The notes under the pieces were generated by a model. That model was not told the origin of the DNA and ran no database searches. It saw only the letters and a program-made list of their open reading frames with translations. The position numbers were made by a program, and so were the translations under genes. A stretch of DNA of 64,000 bases from Terriglobia bacterium (GTDB taxonomy: Bacteria; Acidobacteriota; Terriglobia; 2-12-FULL-54-10), in contig CAXVYR010000004.1 of the NCBI GenBank assembly GCA_963666975.2, positions 640,001-704,000 of the forward strand. The letters are read 5' to 3'. This document shows positions 61,619 to 64,000 of this stretch, one piece after another. Each line of letters opens with the position of its first letter. The stretch's first letter is position 1.

Positions 61619-62515
61619 TCAGCTTTCGCTGGAGACGCCCACTCTGATAGATGGAGGAACCGCTTTGCCCTTCCTCTGTCGCTGTAATTGCTCTAGCTGA
61701 CTCATCGCACGATGCAGCTGCCGCTCAATCGTCGTCTCGTAGCGAAGGATTTTGTCCAGCACATCCTTAGAGGGGAGGTGGAGCCTGGAGAGCTTTGACT
61801 CCAGCCGCAGGTTCTCATGTGCCTCGGTCCTCCGCCGTAAGTCTTCTAACCTTTCTTGCTCCTCATTAAGTTCCTGTAGGATGCTCTTCTTGCACTTCCT
61901 GGGAACGCCGCCGACATGATCCGGTTCAGCGGCCTCCACTGGATTGAAGGCGCGGCACCGGTTAGCAAGATGCTCTTCATCGTCTCCAAAGTACTCCGTG
62001 AGCCGCTTGTGGCCACTCTCGGAGAGATAGCCGATCTGTTTAACGTCCTCTTTGATCTCTTCCAGAAGATCAATTAGATACTCCAATCCCATGGAACTGT
62101 CCCGCAGGCCCCACCGGATGTAATATGAGTCGGAGTAAATTGCACGTTCAACCTTTTCAATTTGCTCGGAATTTTCTTTCTGCTCTGCGGTGTCCAGTTC
62201 ATTTCGTATCTCCCCGATCTCGCACCGTAGTACTCGGCGTAGCCTCCAGTAGCAAATGGCGATTTTCTCAACCTGCATCTCTTCAACGATGCCTTTGGGC
62301 TGTCTATCAACTCGGAGTTGAGCAAGCAGGCCATTAAACTCGGCCTTGTTCTCCTTGCCGTCGCCGGCTTGAATCAAAACCTCCTGAGCTAAAAGTCCGT
62401 GTTTTAGGGCATTCCACCTGACCACCTTCTTTCCCTCCAGTGTTCTCGGCCCGGTGGATCGGCGGGCATTCCGCCGGTTCGCCTCAATCTTCTCAAATGA
62501 GGTATTCCTTGCCAT
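61619..62515 (-). CDS. Conserved hypothetical protein ('ANRRNA..STGPRT.EGK...NALKHG' family)
   Basis: Recognisable N-terminal motif and C-terminal 'ILRYETTIERQLHRA'; GGAGG RBS. Confidence 0.8.
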   Translation of the reverse strand: MARNTSFEKIEANRRNARRSTGPRTLEGKKVVRWNALKHGLLAQEVLIQAGDGKENKAEFNGLLAQLRVDRQPKGIVEEMQVEKIAICYWRLRRVLRCEIGEIRNELDTAEQKENSEQIEKVERAIYSDSYYIRWGLRDSSMGLEYLIDLLEEIKEDVKQIGYLSESGHKRLTEYFGDDEEHLANRCRAFNPVEAAEPDHVGGVPRKCKKSILQELNEEQERLEDLRRRTEAHENLRLESKLSRLHLPSKDVLDKILRYETTIERQLHRAMSQLEQLQRQRKGKAVPPSIRVGVSSES

Positions 62516-62767
62516 GACTGTTCCTCCAGATTGATGATCGCCCCACAGAGCTCCGCACGGCATCACGTGAGATGATAGCGAAGAGCCCGATCCCAAGTGG
62601 AAGCCAAAGGATCCCGGGGCTTAAAGGAACTATAGGGAGTTACGGTTGCTCATATAAGGCACGCAACGGAAATATTCCCTTTGGCTGCATACCCCAATGA
62701 AAAGGTTTGAGCCGAAAAGTCCCAAGTCTGTTCCTATCCCAAACGTTCGGCGAACACAGGCTTAGGG

Positions 62768-63471
62768 CTACATCAGCCTAAAGGTTGTGTGCTTTCTTTT
62801 GCGCCAGGCCTTTTGGGCCCTAGTGGGATGATCGAGGGCTTTGTTTGGATGCAACTGCTTTTGGACATAATTGATGAGCGTGCCAACTTCTTTGTCGCAA
62901 TAGGTCCCTGTCCGTAAATGGACTTCCCTGGTAAGATGCGTTCTCTCATAATTGCACCAACCGTCCCGCAAGGTCTGGGGATTTTTAAATGGACTTCCCT
63001 GGTAAGATGCGTTCTCTCATAATTGCACCAACCGTCCCGCAAGGTCTGGGGATTTTTGTTTAGACGTTGAATATCCTTCAGGAAAGCAGCACAGGGTTCG
63101 AGGTTTTCTTGCAAAGCTGAAAGATGGTCAATGAAGCGCCTCCAATGAATATTAGTAGGAGATGAAGCAAGGGCTTCTGTATCGAATTTGTCCAACTGGC
63201 GGGCCATCTTGCTCATGTTTTGGTATAGCGACCTTATTTCCCATCGCTTAGTGCCCTTGGGTTTAATGACATCCCAGGCCGACTTTCGGTCACTCACCAC
63301 TAGAAGCGTGGAAATGTATGTTTTCAATGTCACGGGGTCCATCCCTTTTATGCATAGACTCACCGCTGAATTCAGAGCGGGTTCGTCGTCCCCGAATAAC
63401 TCAACCAATTCTGGATACCTAGCCGTGTCTTCTTGGAGCGCTTTTCCCCGGCGGAGCTTCTGGTTGGGCAC
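62768..63471 (-). pseudogene. Hypothetical gene frameshifted by a 71-bp tandem duplication
   Basis: Removing one unit joins ORF 62773-63471 to ORF 62768-62971. Confidence 0.55.
62915..63056. repeat. Perfect 71-bp tandem duplication
   Basis: 62915-62985 equals 62986-63056. Confidence 0.92.
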
Positions 63472-63725
63472 GGTTCACCTCCCGAGTAAAATCCGATTTG
63501 AAATGGGTCGGCGGGCCATCCAGAAGAAGCCGCTTTTCAGGCGACGCCAGCCGATATCGTACAATTCCCTGTAATTGTAATATTTCCTGTCACTCAGGGT
63601 CATTCACCACACTAAGATCGGTCTCTATGAACTAAGATCGCTGTTTCCGCTTAGGTCCTAAGAATATTCGTATGCAGGCTATTGTGGATTGGTTGTTCAG
63701 ACTTCTGGCGCGAGATGAAGCGCTC

Positions 63726-63857
63726 CTAATATTCCTTCAGATGGGTGCGCGACATGCCCTTGAGGATTCCGCGGAATTTTTCCAACGGCTGATCGGGAAA
63801 CGTTGTGATGATGCCGTCTTGTTCGAGCAGCGTGATCTGTTGACCCGGCCTCAGGCA
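63726..63857 (-). pseudogene. Possible AbrB/MazE-type antitoxin C-terminal remnant
   Basis: 'LRPGQQITLLEQDGIITTFPDQPLEKFRGILKGM'; N-terminus replaced by IS110 sequence. Confidence 0.35.
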
Positions 63858-64000
63858 AACTCTTCTTAGCTCCGCACAGTCCGCAATAACTGATGACCCG
63901 CTTCACCGACCGCAAGCGCCGCACCTCACCGAGCTCTAGCACCCACGTCAGGGCCGTAATCAAACCTACGGCAGGGATCGTCCGGAGTCGTTCGACCCGC
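63858..64000 (-). pseudogene. IS110-family transposase fragment (enters from the window edge, truncated)
   Basis: 'RLRTIPAVGLITALTWVLELGEVRR...VISYCGL'. Confidence 0.75.

Noticed and set aside
1-64000. tRNA, rRNA, integrase/att site or intact prophage
   Set aside because: No cloverleaf, rRNA-like tract, recombinase or structural phage gene found by eye; tRNAscan-SE and Infernal would be needed to exclude them formally.

Overview
This 64-kb window is a GC-rich, accessory-type bacterial region. Its gene content points to Acidobacteriota (inference): Oar-like TonB-dependent receptors, NHL/TIGR03437 surface proteins, a DUF1592-DUF1552-ankyrin operon and a second S1 protein. Intact genes: a DEAD-box helicase and an RRM protein, a TonB-dependent receptor followed by three tandem secreted YtcJ-like amidohydrolases (a fourth paralogue lies at 31-33 kb), a DUF5916 outer-membrane protein, crotonase, SodC, an FHA protein, Dus, an S1 paralogue, a second receptor and a toxin-first AbiEii/AbiEi pair. 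Decay is extensive: two IS256 copies and one IS3/IS481-like element interrupt genes with clear target duplications, there are IS5, IS3 and IS110 relics, a broken aminobenzoyl-CoA-type catabolic cluster and at least four MITE-like families. Best leads: (i) the receptor plus secreted amidohydrolase array with a non-canonical metal-site signature; (ii) an unannotated non-coding element found four times, always in sense upstream of unrelated genes, with a conserved hairpin and -10 box; (iii) orphan 'NWFEELK' kinase tails behind three genes. No rRNA, tRNA or CRISPR array was seen. All family assignments come from motif recognition by eye; no database search was run.
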